Source: Iphione sp. A-MEVVRFRX5 (lineage: Eukaryota). From it: DNA of 64,000 bases. Both the position numbers and the translations under genes were made by a program. The stretch's first letter is position 1, and every line of letters begins with the position of its first letter. A model generated the notes under the pieces. It had not been told where the DNA came from. It did not search any database and was given only the letters and a program-made list of their open reading frames with translations. Of the stretch, positions 11,886-25,585 are shown piece after piece. The stretch covers positions 74,958,001-75,022,000 of the forward strand of contig OZ320313.1 of the NCBI GenBank assembly GCA_976226885.1, in the 5' to 3' direction.

Positions 11886-14714
11886 ACAATAGATGGTAGT
11901 ATGCTACCCCAGGAGGATATGGAAGAGCTCTGTCATGTGATAGAGAATATCTAGTTCCTGGTTAAAGATACAATGAAATGAAAAATGAAAACATATCAAG
12001 TGATGGTGCCGATCTTGTCGGGTAGGCTCCTCCCTCCTTTTTTTCTCTCTCCATCACATTCTCTCTACTGAAAACTGTATTATTATTTGAATATACCAAA
12101 TGATGTTGTAAAGAGGTGCACGTTTCTTAGAAGGGCATAGAGGTTTTACAACGCTAGATGCTGTTGCATCTTTTGATGAAATCCTTCGCTTTAAATCAAG
12201 GGAAAAATCGAGCAAAATCATAAATCAGTTAATTGAGCCGTTTCTCAATATTCTAATACATGTATCATTAACTGAAATTTTATAATAAAGCACCATTCTG
12301 TCTGTGCGTCGAAGTTTAAAAACATCTGGATCAATCCAATACTGATGAAAAAACTGCATTGTAAAAAATCATAGCATTTGCTTTCAAAACTAGGTTTTAC
12401 AAATGTGCTTCGATGCGGCCTATTTGTGCGAACATCAGACATGATAATCATAGTTGGAATGTTTAAAATTTCTTTGTGTCTTGAAAAAAATGCTTCATTA
12501 TTAATTTTTTTTCTTCTTTTATCTCCAAAATGAGAGCGCTATGCTACTTGCTTATTACCTTTACGAAAGGATTTCTCGACATAACCACTATTTCATTTCT
12601 GTGATAAACCTTTTCTGACTAGAAAGCAGGATTACTTTCTTTCGTTGTGATACGCACTGTTGTCTTACTAGTATGCGATGCATACCAAATTACGTGTATA
12701 TTTATGTGATTTTCAGGAGCACATGCAATCCTTCCCCAGGTCGACCAAGTTAATTATTAACACACAGAAAAACACCAGAAATTCGCGGAGGTTTACTTTA
12801 AGTGTATCTATAACTCTCACGGAAAAAAGGCAGTCAGGAGACCATGTTTTATGTTTGAAAAGCTTCAAATTTTACTTCTTGCCTCATTAGTACTAGTGCG
12901 TCAACTGCTATAATTGGTTTCCGACTTACTTCTATGGATGGAAAAGCCCAAGGTAATTATAAATATGTGTAAGTGTTTTAGCTTGCAGGCAATAGGCAAC
13001 TGTATAGAACAAGTATGAGAGAGTAAAGTCTTTTTACCTACGAAGAAACTTAAATCAATCAGAGATAAAAGGTTGACGCAATCCGAGTGGAATGGGATGG
13101 CACGGGAGCCCGAGAAGATATGGCAGAACGAGTGAAATAAGCGTGAAGAGAAACATTCAAGACAGCTTGCAAGAGGAAAGACGTTAATCACTACTGCTAT
13201 AACGAAACGAGCCAAGCAGAAAACCAACTGGACAAAGAAATTGCAATGAATAATAGACCAGTCCAATGAGAACAGCGATCAAAACCAACAATGCGACTGA
13301 ATGTCGAAGCTGGCACTGAAGAGTTGCAGACAACAGTCAGTAGTAGTCCTTAAAACAGATGAAAAGACTAATGTAAAAGAGACGCTTGTCAGGTGGAAAG
13401 AAAAGAAAGGGGATTACTAATGTTTTTTTTTGTGGGTCGTCGGGCTAAAAGGCATCGGATGCAAAATAGTTTTCTATCCGGTTACCACGTTATTGATGGA
13501 CATAATTCGCGTTAACCTTGCAACTACGGCAGGTTCTCTTTCGAATAAAATGCTTCTTGATAGGGGTAATCCATTGTATACGAATACTTTGTATACTTTA
13601 ATCTATTTAAATAAAGAGACAAATAAATAGTCTATTTTCTTATTCATCTTTTCTTACACGCGAGAAAGTCTTTCAGAACAGGACGAGGGGAAAAGTATAG
13701 AAGAAATTTCATTTTTCAATTTTTATTAACAGATTCTCCGATGTGATTACAGAGCTCTTCCTGTTAACAAGGTGCAGGCAACAAACAAACAGTCATGTGC
13801 AATGGATGCTGTTCGACATACATCTTCATACTTGTTACGTAAAGACAACGTATCCAATAGACTGACAGTGCAGTTTAAGCCTTACTTAAAGATGCTGAGT
13901 TAGACTAAAGACTGTTGTTACATCTATGGGTCGAAAGGAATCATGTACTCAATTTAAACTTGAGCAGCAATGGCTGGAGACATAATATCACAGGCTCAAA
14001 TTGACTGATTGCTACTATTTAAAACAGACCTGATTAACAACCCAAGAGTGCTGGTGGAAAAATACATGCAGAGTCACAATCATTACATAAAGATGTTAAG
14101 GTATAGATATCAGTCGATCATTTTAGGAAAATGCACAAAATTTGTAGCCTATGTAGTGATAGTACACTGTAACTGATAGTCTTTCAGTACTAGGAACATG
14201 AGGCAGGCATTGTGTCATGATTATCGATGACTTGAAAAAAGCTGATCAGTTGTTGGATGTTTGACTATAGGGCAGGGCACAGTCACCTGATCAGGATTAC
14301 AGCTAAGCAGCGTAATGGGTGGGTGACCTAGAGAAGGATAATTAAGCTGAGAGGATTGGATTAGTGTCAGCAAGATCACAGAGTTAGTTAATACAGTGTA
14401 TTCATAGTATAAATAGAAGCGGGAGCTCGTAAGAATTAGCTTTGATGGCTTTGATTACGAGTAAAGTGCGAAAGCTAAGTGGTTTGGTCTCTATTCTCAG
14501 AGTTGTTGGTACATCCCCTCACAAAAGTGAGGGCAAGAGGATCTGTTACAGCAGCAGATCATCCTGATGTGAGCTAGCATCATAGGGGTCATTGATGTTC
14601 ATCATCCTGGAACATGTCTATTCCAGACCATCTGTTAGAGTGGACCCATATTTACTCACTTAGTTACTTTGGAACACTGTCCAACACCCCCATTAGGTGA
14701 TGTCTCTTGAGTTT

Positions 14715-16790
14715 TCAAGTCATCTTCAGGTGGGGTGGAAGCCTGTTCCATCGCTGAGTCGCAGCATAGCTTAGGCTCTTTGCGTGATGGGAATCTCTCA
14801 GCTGCTCAACAGCTCCTAGTGACTCCCTTCCCCTTCTGGTCCTAGTACACTTCTTTGGTGAAATTAGGCCCAGGTGAAATTGATTGTGGGCTGCTATTAT
14901 CCCTCATTGCTCAATTAGTTCACACACCCTTGGCATGCTGAACCTCCTCCTTAGAGTGCCTACAGGAAGGAATTGCTTCTCTTGAAGACATACCCTGGCG
15001 CATCTGTTTAGATGCACATGCATGCTCACCACATCGGAAGAAGTCAGGCAATACCATAGAGCCGCATGATAGTGATACCTTGAGATAACCAGGGCCTTGA
15101 ACAACAATACACGGGCAGGCAAGGGTAGGAAATTCTTGGTCCCTCCGATTCACAGGGATGTTGCCCATGTAAGGCTCTTGACATTCTTACAGCTAGCCCA
15201 CCTTTTCAGGCCACTATCAATGTAGTAGCCAAGCAGTTTCAGGCACATCTCCATGGCCAGCTCAGTCCCATTCAATCATAGATCCAGGGACAAACCTTGC
15301 ACTCACTCCATGGGGCAGTAGGACTCCCTCCTGTCGACACCAAGATGAGATGCCAGAGCTGAACCCCTTAACTATAGCAAGTCGGACAAATAGACCAAAA
15401 CTGACAAATCATCTGCGTAGAGCACCGCAGTGCTCTCGTGTGGAAGAGAATCCACAAAAGAGTTGACCACAAGATTGAATGCAAGGGGTCCAAAGATGAA
15501 CTCCTGCGGAACACCATGACACAGCTCAAGGCAGCTGGAGTCCAATTCTCCACATCTTACAAATTGCTGTCTGCCTGTTAGATATGATTTGACCATGGAT
15601 ATTAGCTTTGGGCCTGCTCCCATACCATGTAGTCAATCCAGACCAGTCCAGATGGGGGACCAGGTCAAATGTCTTCTCATGGATTCTATTAACCAAGCGG
15701 ACAACCACTGTCTCTGTCACACGGTTGGGTCTGAAGCCATGTTGAGCAGGGGTAATGAGTTCCCTATATTCCAGTTACTTCGCCAGGTTTGAGCAAAACC
15801 AACGATCGCATATTGTCCCTGGCAAGGGGAGTATGGACACTGGTCTGTAGTTGCCCAGTTCTTCCATATTCCCCTTTTTGTGCACCGGGGTGATGCAGGC
15901 AATTTTCCAGCTTTTTGGATATTTGCCGCTGTCATAGATGCACCTGAAGATCTAAGACAAGTAGTCTGGGCATAGTGCTAATAAAGGCTTCAAAATGCAG
16001 GTAGGGACTCCCTCCACCCCAGAGGATTTCTTGATATTCTCCAATCTCTCTCACCTGAATAGCCGAGGGTGAGCAAAGCTCAAAGATATCCTGCCATTGA
16101 GGACGCGTAGCAGCATCTCCTGATGGCCTCAGAGTCACTAATGCCTCCACTTCCCAGACAAAGAACTGATTGAACGATTCTGCTAGGGAGGTGTTGTGGT
16201 TAGTTCGCCACTTGTTGGCATTAAGGCAGCTTCGTTACTGCAGTCGCTTTATTGAGGGGCTCATTCAGACACTCCCAAGTTTTCGCAATGCTCCCACTTC
16301 CATCACATAGTTTTGTGTCCAGGTGTGTTTCCTATGAGTTTTCATTGCAGATTTTGTCCTCTGATTGAGGCAGTTGAATATCCTCCTGCTGTCTTCGCAT
16401 TTGTCCCATCTCCACTTTCAGTAGAAGTAGGCATGATCCTACACTAGGTTCACAATGGTGTCAGAAGACCATCCAGGCAGTTGATTGGGTTCTCTCAGCA
16501 CAGTGTACGGCGGACATTGATCATCCAGGGCCCCTTTTTTATGTACGAAGTGAAGTTACTCCAGGATTCCTCATGACCACCCATTATATCCATTGCTACT
16601 GCCCGGACTTCATCGTGCAAGCTGGGTACATTTATTCTTCCCCGAGGTTGGAGAGTTACCCTCTCACATTGGATCCTCATGCTTCCCTTCTTTATGTCGA
16701 CACAGATTGGGATATGGTCACTCAGGAACCAGTCAAGGGTTCCACCACCCCTGTGTCCCTCAAAGGAACCCCAAAAATGGTCCAAATTAA
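14715..16790 (-). pseudogene. 5'-truncated, degenerate CR1/L2-group LINE ORF2 (end of APE, RT, C-terminus)
   Basis: In correct minus-strand order: SDHIPI (APE end), WKIACITPVHKKG..NYRPVSILP, QHGFRPNR, GVPQ..GPLAF, LYADD, LLFKALVISRYHY, KSLSYAATQRWNRLP. Many frameshifts and stops. Confidence 0.9.
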
Positions 16791-16799
16791 AACGTTAAT

Positions 16800-17630
16800 A
16801 ATTTTAGTAGACAATTATTGATCTTATATCCACAGCATTTATAAGGCAGTATAGAATATTCTTTTAATACACTTGTTGTAGCATTGTTGCAGACCCTTGT
16901 GCAACCTTTACATGCTCCAACGATGAATTGAACAATATAATTATTCTAGGTGTGGATCTACGAATATGATTATTAATACCTGACGTATTTCTTTTGGTAG
17001 GCAATTTACAGCTTTACTAATGTTGTAAGAGGCTTTTGTAATTTTTTGTTGTGCAATGTTGATACTCTCTTTCCAGGAGATCCTCCCATCTAAGATATAG
17101 CCCAAGATTTTTACCTGTTTTGACTGTTTGATTATGGTTGTATTGAACTGGATACCACCAACAGATTCATACTTATTGTTAATAACAATGAATGTTGATT
17201 CATCTGCATTCAATCATATACCATTCTGTGTAAACCAGTATACCATTTTCTTTGTATATGTCTGAAGATGTTCGGTTAGGTCAATGTTTGTCCCCGCCAG
17301 TACCACTATACTCAGGTCGTTTGCATACATCGTGGGTATACAACATTTTGGGAAGATCTCAAGGAGGTCATTAGCCACTATATTGAAGGCCAAAGGGGCT
17401 ATTGTTGAGCCTTGTAGTACCCCTAGTCCCTGCGTGATTAATTTAGAACTAATTCCATTTGCTTCAACATACTGGATTCTGTTTTCAAAGTGGTCCCTGA
17501 GTAATTTGATATATCTACTATCAATACTTATCCCTACACGTTTGCCTGTCAATAGATCTCTGTTTATTAAATCGAAAGCCCTACTAAAATAGAACGTGAG
17601 CAAGGCTTATTCTTATGCATAAATCAAGGC
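16800..17630 (-). pseudogene. Second LINE RT remnant (different, more AT-rich family)
   Basis: YFSRAFD, GVLQGSTIAPLAFNI, MYANDL, KILGYILD..ISWKE, FVDPHLE are RT palm/thumb motifs. Confidence 0.85.
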
Positions 17631-17692
17631 TATGAATACTGCATCTGAAAAGAGGATGCATTCACTACTTCAGTGAGATGCTCTGGGTATAA

Positions 17693-18274
17693 GGTCCAGT
17701 TTCCTTACCAACAGGAGAGTGCGGGAGATGTCTCTGTGTGTTTGAATGTGTTTTTGTTTTCCCACAGCCTCATGCATAGAGGTGGCTTATGAGGCTGCAT
17801 TGAGGCTGCATGAGGCTGTGGAAAAGGACAAATATTATGCTAAAACCTATGAAAAATCGTGAATATCCCCAGAAAATCTATTAAAAAAAAGACAAATATG
17901 ATGCTAAAAGCGACAAAAAAGGTAAAAACCCTGGAAGCGAGTGTGGTCAAAGACAGATATGTGCGTAAATGTGCTCTGATGGGTAAATGTGCATAAATGT
18001 GCAGATCTGATGGGTAAATGTGCATAGATTTGCATAAATGTTTGTAATTGTGCATATTTTCAACTGATTCAAAGGATATGCCGTATACTACAGCGCGTTC
18101 TTGTGTGTGTGGACATTTTCCAGCATGTACTGAAAACGGACAATGCACACCAATGCACATAGACATCTTCTGCAGGTACGGAAACCAGGACATTAGAATG
18201 AATCTGTTCTATAAAAACACACCTCAACACACACAAATGCACATGGACACCAATGCGCATAAAGAAACCAGACC
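17693..18274. mobile_element. Probable Harbinger-type MITE
   Basis: TIRs GGTCCAGTTTCCTTA / TAAAGAAACCAGACC (12/15), flanked by TAA and TTA. Low-complexity AAATGTGCA-rich interior. A similar terminus occurs twice at ~57059-57100. Confidence 0.55.
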
Positions 18275-20115
18275 TTAGGTGTGTTTAGATTTCAGAGAAG
18301 AAACCATAATTATTTGCAAGACAAAAGGATAAAAGCAGTTGTCTGGCTGTGCATGTTTTGAAAAGGAGGCAAAAATAGGAATGCAAAAGTTAATCACATA
18401 ATAGCATTATTGAGAACAGGCCAGGGGCAGAGGAAGGTACAGAGTAAAACATAACAAATATGGGAAATGCCGTCATTATGGGCATGGGCAGGCCATAAAA
18501 CCTGTCCCTTGGTGATCGGTAACCTTAGGAACTAATCGATAGAAATCCATTTGTATCAGTGCGCCCCTCTGCCATTTGTGAGACAAGCTGTCCCTTACAT
18601 AATCGTGCATTTTTTGTGCGATCAACTCTCGTGTGTACGTGTATATGTGGATATTTTTCTCCGTAAAAGTTGGCTTGCTGAGACTCATGTTGCATGGATA
18701 AAGGAAACAAAATGCTAATGTGTGGGGATAATGAGAGCCAGACAAATCCTCATCGAAAGCACAATGAAATATAAATTCCTGACGTGCTTTTAGTTAATGC
18801 GGCACATCGATTTCTTTGACCCAATACACGTGGAGTCAGATACAAAACCGAAAAAAAACTGTAATTGCATGAATATGACGATTTAAATATTCAAATAATG
18901 AGTCTGCACATGTGCAATGATATAAATAAATAGTTAAGTGGATATATTTTGATATTAGCAAGACCTGATGGCTGGGAACGCTGTTAAAACAGGCAATTGG
19001 GAAAGGCAAGAAATAACTTTTCCTTTCTTGGGATTGAATGATGTGGGACTTAAATATGTAGTTATTAAACCTACACTGGCGCTTGTTCGTTATTAACAAA
19101 AAAGGACCGACCAAAGTGAAAAGAGAAATTAATTCCACAGCTTTACCACGTGTGTGCGTGTAGCCGCAAAGAGGTTGATAAATTTTAAGCCTTTTGGGTT
19201 CCTTCGCGACCAAAGGTGACACTGAATAGTATTTTGTGCGTGAAATACAAAACAATTTTTTGTTAAGAATCTTACAAGCACATTCGGGTCACAGTCTCGG
19301 CCAGCTGATGTCGGGAAAGAGGAAACATCACTAAAGAGATAGCTGATGCCTAGGTAGCATTCACAGCAGAGAGCATGTCAGGTATAAACCTGGAGGTTAA
19401 TGGAGGCAACATGTTAATAACTGCACATGGTTGTAAACAGAACTGGCCCACCATGAGCACTGGAATAAATACAACAGATTTTGTTCAAAGTGAGTTGCTC
19501 TTTGGAAGAGACTATATCAGAAGTAAGATAGTACCACCCTCACTCAACATTGTGTCGGCTCGCCTCTTTTTAACCAAGTAAACCGTGCAGCATATGGTTG
19601 ACATATATCAAGCAGGAACACGCTGGGAACCATCATACTTCTTGTAAGCCTTCTAAACGGTGAGCTAGTCGGTCCAGCTAAGAGGAAATTTCACGCAGGC
19701 GAGGAAGTAAACACAGAAAGCCTTTATTCATCCCATATGCCAGCTAGACAAGCGACATGAGGTCGTGAGTCATTTGCAGGCAGTTAGGTGACCGTTACGA
19801 ATGGTGATCCTCTTGTCTAAAGACAGAATGGGTTTGCTACCTTACCTAATTCGGTCTTCCGGCACGGCATGGAGCCCCATTCAGAGCCCCATTCATCGTC
19901 ATTTATTTTGCAAGGCTCCATGTAGACACACGTCCTACCGGATTCGATATTAACTGTAATGAGTCAGCTCTTCGTAGTGCAGTCGTTCGGCGTCCCTGAT
20001 TGTTTTTGAGGGAGTCAGCGATATGTTCTTATAACGGCTTGTTTTACATATACGGTGAAAGCCCTGATTCAGGCCAACTGGCCAAAATATGCAGGACCGT
20101 TTACGACATGTAATC

Positions 20116-20473
20116 GACAGAAGGAAAACAAACTGCTGTGTATGTACCTTTCAGGGTAACGTAGACCACGACCTCTAACTGTGGACAGCTGTGATCCAGA
20201 CCCAACCCCTGCTAGTGTCCATTTAGTAAGTTGCTACTGCATTCTGACAGAAGGAAAACATAAATTCGATGTATGTACTCTTCAGGTTAACGTAGACCAC
20301 CACCTCCAAATGTGGACAGCTGTGATCCAGACCCGCTAACTAGTGTCCATTAAGTAAGTTGCTACTGTATTCTGACAGAAGGAAAACATAAATTTGATGT
20401 ATGTACTCTTCAGGTTAATGTAGACCACCAACTCCAAATGTGGACAGCTGTGATCCAGACCTGCTATGTCCAT
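20116..20473 (+). repeat. Tandem repeat, ~129-bp unit x ~3
   Basis: GACAGAAGGAAAACA recurs at 20116, 20246 and 20374. All units have TTCAG; GTAAGT occurs at the two internal unit junctions. Confidence 0.9.
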
Positions 20474-23400
20474 AGTTAGCCTAGATAGACTAGGGTTCAG
20501 AAAAAAATCATTCAAAATTGAAAATGTATTACGCTTCATTTTCAGCTCATGATATTCCTCAATATCCTCTTAAAATTGAACTTTGAGATATATGTGTTAT
20601 CAGCAGACTCGATTGCTTTTTATTTTGAAAGATCTTATATTCATCAGAAATAATATCTCGGAGATTTTGTTTTACTATATTCAGAAACATTTCCATGACC
20701 AGCTTTTTTCAATACTGTTTGCTTGACACACTTTATGTGCCTGTTTCTAAGGCATTCTTGAGTTTCATTTTAATTGGTCTCTTATATGGTGGGTTTAGCA
20801 ATATCTTCAATTGTGTGGATGAGAGATGCTGTCATAGAGAAGAAATCCCAGTAGGAACTCGGTTAAATTAAAACTTGCTATATATAATGTGTTTCTACTG
20901 AAAACGGTTCAGCGAAAGTGTTCAGATGACGAATTTATAAAAATGATCGGTATTAATATGGCTACATTCTAGTTGAACAATTATTCGTACTTATTCTCTA
21001 GTCCACTGAAGAAGCATGAGCTGCGATTGAGTTATTCAGGTAATGAGGCACAGACACAGAGCAAGATGAGTTCGGCTACAACCAAGTTTTAATATCGCTG
21101 ATTTACGCCATGCTTATATCAGCTTGTCTATCTTGCGGATATATCCAGGGATACCGTCTTCGTTAAGTCAGGTGAGAAGTGGCAAGTTACTTGTCTGTGA
21201 CTATTTGTGGGGAGATGCCTATTGCTAACTCTATTGTTACGTAGGCTGTCACTCGCGCTGCCCTCTCTTCCTCTGTATTCTCCTCTGTTGTCCCCGGCAT
21301 CTCTAGTCCTCTCGCTATATATTTGTAAATCAGTCTGTGCCATATACGGGCATTGCGGCGTGTTATCCTTACTATTATATACACGAGATAGGACATATTG
21401 GTGGATTTAAACAGGATGGAATACGTGTATACATTTACCTGAATCTGGTTACCATGAGTCACCTCGACACAAAAACAAATGCATCACGGTGGAGATTGTC
21501 GCTGCTGGCCTTGTAACAAATCGACCAAATTACTGGATATATCGCTACTTGTCGCTATTGTAAAATCAGTATAATGCCTCTACTCCTTTAGAATGTGAAT
21601 AATAGCATTTTAGAAACTACAAGGCCATCCTTGATCGATTACGGTTATTAATCTACTCAATAGGATAAATGTGACACGTTCCATACCAAAAGAAATTTCG
21701 CGGTACGCGATGTAAACAAGGTAACAGCACTAACACACCTACTATTGGTCCTTTAAGAGTAACACAGCTATGAATCCAGCGATCGAAATAACGGAAAGAA
21801 AGAATTCGGCGTGAAATCGAACTAATTACAAGGGTAAAATATAGAAAATATCACCTCAACTAAAGAAAAGTGAGTTTTGGCTGAAAACATTAGAAATGAT
21901 ACCCAAATTCCCTATTCGAAATTATGATGTATCGAATCAAACGTGTAAATAGTTGGAATCGGTTTGATAGTTTGAGATAAATGTGCATGTGACTGCCTCA
22001 AGGAATAATGACAGACACTTTGATGACCGCGTACAGAGAAAAATGAGAAAGGGTCCTGTTCTAGTTCTATCAAAATATAAATATTTATCTGTAACATCTG
22101 TTCTCGGTACACAGTACTGTATACAGTAATATGACATTACCTAAGCTGATGCCTGCTCTACAGATCGATTTCGTAATGTTTACTGTACACATTTGCATCG
22201 ACAGGACGACAGTGATATGCACTCATCCCCATTATCATGCAAAGTACTTTTGCTCCCGAGATGAAAGATTATTTACATATAATCAAAGTATAAAATTATA
22301 CTCTAGGGCGTTTCGAATATAATGCTTCGTTGAAAAGCAAAATGAAATAGGAAATGATGCATTCACCTGCGATACATGCAGTCAAGTACGTATGATATAT
22401 AATTCTGGAGGCAACCAGAGTTTCAACCACATAATTATGCACATTAAAAATTCGTCAAAGTCAAAAAAAATGATTATGCGCTCTCAAGCAACTCAATTTG
22501 CCTCGGGAGAACGGTGGATCTGGCAGCGCCTGCCCACGGCCATGCCCCCATCTCTTTGATGTCAGGGTTGGTCTGGTAGTGACCGCTTGAAATCAGCGAG
22601 GAGATGACCCAGCAGCGTTAAGCAGGTCAGGCTCCCGACCCAAGCGTTGTCAGTAAGCCCCTACAGGCTACCCTCCCAACGAGCTACTGCCTACTGCCAA
22701 GTACCCAATTATCGATCAAGATGAACGAGCCCCAAGTGACATTACAACGAACTAAATATGCCTCTTGTATGCTTTATGTATGTCCTTTCCATGCCCCAAA
22801 CAACCTTATATTTGTTCACAGCTTTCGCGAAACTTGTGAATCCCGCAGCAAGTTGCGTATTTGTCTGGCCTTTCAAGGGACTCATCCATGTACTAATTTT
22901 TTTGCGAGCGTTGTCATACCGGGACATTTGCACTGGACTTGTTAAGTACACAACGTACGTATGCTGAATTTTGAAACATAGTGTAGGATTATCTTTTCCT
23001 GGAAGTAGGTGTGTTTCTTAATGTGGGCTTATTTCTTTATGAGCCTTTGAATGTACAGATACACCTGTTTCAAACCTGCATATCCGGTATCATTTGGTGA
23101 AAAATAACTGAATCCCTTAAAGAAGCATTTAAGTTTGTGTAAGGCCGCCAAGATTACATTGAGACATATACATGTACTAAAAGGTTCCTCTCCGGGATAT
23201 TAGTGGCTATCGATCTTGCTTTGGAATAGGCCCTATTGACTCGTTAGATGAGATTTTTTATTCACGAAGCGATGTACATCCCGCGTAACAAGATGCATTT
23301 TAATGGAATCGGGTATAAAGAAATATTATTGCATGCTGGATATGCGCCAATGGCGCCAAAACTGGTGTTGAAATTGCTATGATCGGTCCATTTCAACCTA

Positions 23401-25472
23401 TGTTATAATGTTCTCAATTATTTTTCTAAAGGTTTGCAGAGCATTTGTAATACATACATCTGATTACAAGTTTCATGCCACTAAAAATTTATAATGAAAT
23501 AATTCATAAGAATGGATGGCGTGTTCACCGGCATCGTTCAAAAACAGCTAGTATCTATCAGGCTTCGTATGCATAAGCTAAAACTGTAGTTCTACTTCGA
23601 CTTCCACTCACTCATCTTCTATGCTTTCACCCAATAATATGAGCACGAATATTACCACTTATTTTATCATCAAGTAATCTTTTACTTTCATTTATCGTGC
23701 AGTCTGCCGGAAGTTGTAAACTGATGCGACGATGTTAGGTTTCAGTAGGGCCAATATGGTAAAAGTCATTTGACCTATCCATTTTCTAAATAGGTTAAGG
23801 TTACACTTCGTTTTCTCTGGCCTCATATGCAAATAGATTCAACGTAGTTGCTGTATTTTGTAAAGGCGTGATGAACTAGTTTTTTGAAGGTTTCCTTTCC
23901 ACTGGGATAATATACGTAATGTATGTGGTTCCAGCATCTTCCTGTTGGCAGGTGTAACCAGTGATGCCTGTACAGTGAGAATGTGATACAATAGGATGGT
24001 TACCGTTCTATGTGTACTGACTTGAAACCCCAAGAAAATCTGTTCACATATTCTATGACTCTCAACATATACAAAAAATGTTTGATGTTATATATTACTG
24101 GAATATATATCTACTGTTACAGCAGGATCACAAAATGCTTTGATCATTCATTTCCAGACTCATCTTATGCTTTTCATTCCATATTAGATGTACTAGTACA
24201 TATTATTGTAAATGAATAGTTATAAACTGATTGTTGGTTGTAATCATATTTGTTTCTTAGAGGCAATTGCTCCATATCTACGTTTGCTCTGGTGGCTCCA
24301 GTTAGGTAGCGGCATAGCCCCTAACACCGGACGTTTACATGCACTTATATAGACCATTGTCTGCTAAAGGTAGCGGCATTGGCGAGACCTATTTATCCCT
24401 CTTAAACAGTACATGTTGATGCTGGCCTCTAATTTCTGCAACTTATTTACCCTTACTTCACGGTACTTTGAAATCCTGGAGGGTGATCTGTTTTGTGCTC
24501 CAGTGTACATTTCTTACATCTCTATATTCATGGCGTTTTCCCAGCCCTTACAATTTTTATTTTAATACACCTACACTATTTATGACTATATTATTGCTTA
24601 CTGCATATTCAGTGATCAGTAATATCATACATTTTACAATTCGTACAGCATTCTGTCGATCCGGAAAGCGCCTGATAACCTTTAAGTGATTCATTTTTGC
24701 AAACGTTCTCCTTGTTAGTTTTTTTGCTGAGGTTCCATGCTTAAAAAGTCATCTAGGTGTACACCTAGATATTATCACTTCCTCACTACTTAGTAGTTTT
24801 TGCTGGTTTTCGCCCGACTTTGACTGATTTTTGCCGTTTTTCGGACGAATTTACCTAAATTTACCGATTTGGGGCTGAGGAATATGATGAGTATGTTGAA
24901 AAGTGGCCTTAGGCCATCATTCGAAATCCGAATTAACCGAAATCTGAAAGAAATTATCTGAAACGGCAATCTTTTGGTTTTTGAGTATTGACTGTATTAG
25001 TCTCTGTCCAATGCCATGGTCCAAGTACATGAAATATGTACAGAGAGTAACTGCCCATGGTGGGCAAGTGTCCCCGATTGCCATTCTCCTCTAACAGGCT
25101 TGTGTTTGCAGTGCACTCAACCAATATGTTGTAGGTAGTGAATCAATGAAATACTTTGATACTTTGAAGCATGTTTTCCAGGGAAAACTTTTCCAGGGAA
25201 AATGTTTTATCCCGTCAGTGAGCACAGTCCAGTTTGTAGGCGTGATAACTGGAAAAGACTGTATTCATAAAGGGCAAATATCTCACATCTGTACAAAGAA
25301 AGGACTACAGATGATTTTCCACACACTCAATGCCAACACATTCTAAATCTGAACAAAGTACACTGGGACAGACCATTTCCAACTATAATCAAACTCAAAT
25401 AACGTGTGTATTTAAAATCCGAACACTTAGCTCTTCATTCCTAACAGAACATATATGTTTGTGTAATCTTTT

Positions 25473-25585
25473 TGGAAATTGAAGCATATTTTGTGAAATT
25501 TGTGTTTATTTTGGTGGAAATTGAAGCATATCTGTGGAATTTGTGAGGATTTGGTGGAAACTGAAGCAAAATTATGGAAATTGTA
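25473..25585 (+). repeat. Tandem repeat, ~40-bp unit x ~3 (TGGAAATTGAAGCA core)
   Basis: The core recurs at 25473, 25515 and 25555. Confidence 0.7.

Noticed and set aside
12901-13420. 121-aa minus ORF and purine-rich plus strand as a coding exon
   Set aside because: All plus frames have stops and there is no motif; the minus ORF reflects compositional bias.
20116-20473. CRISPR-like appearance of this and the 37.8-kb and 57.3-kb arrays
   Set aside because: Whole units repeat with no unique spacers, there are no cas genes, and the context is eukaryotic.
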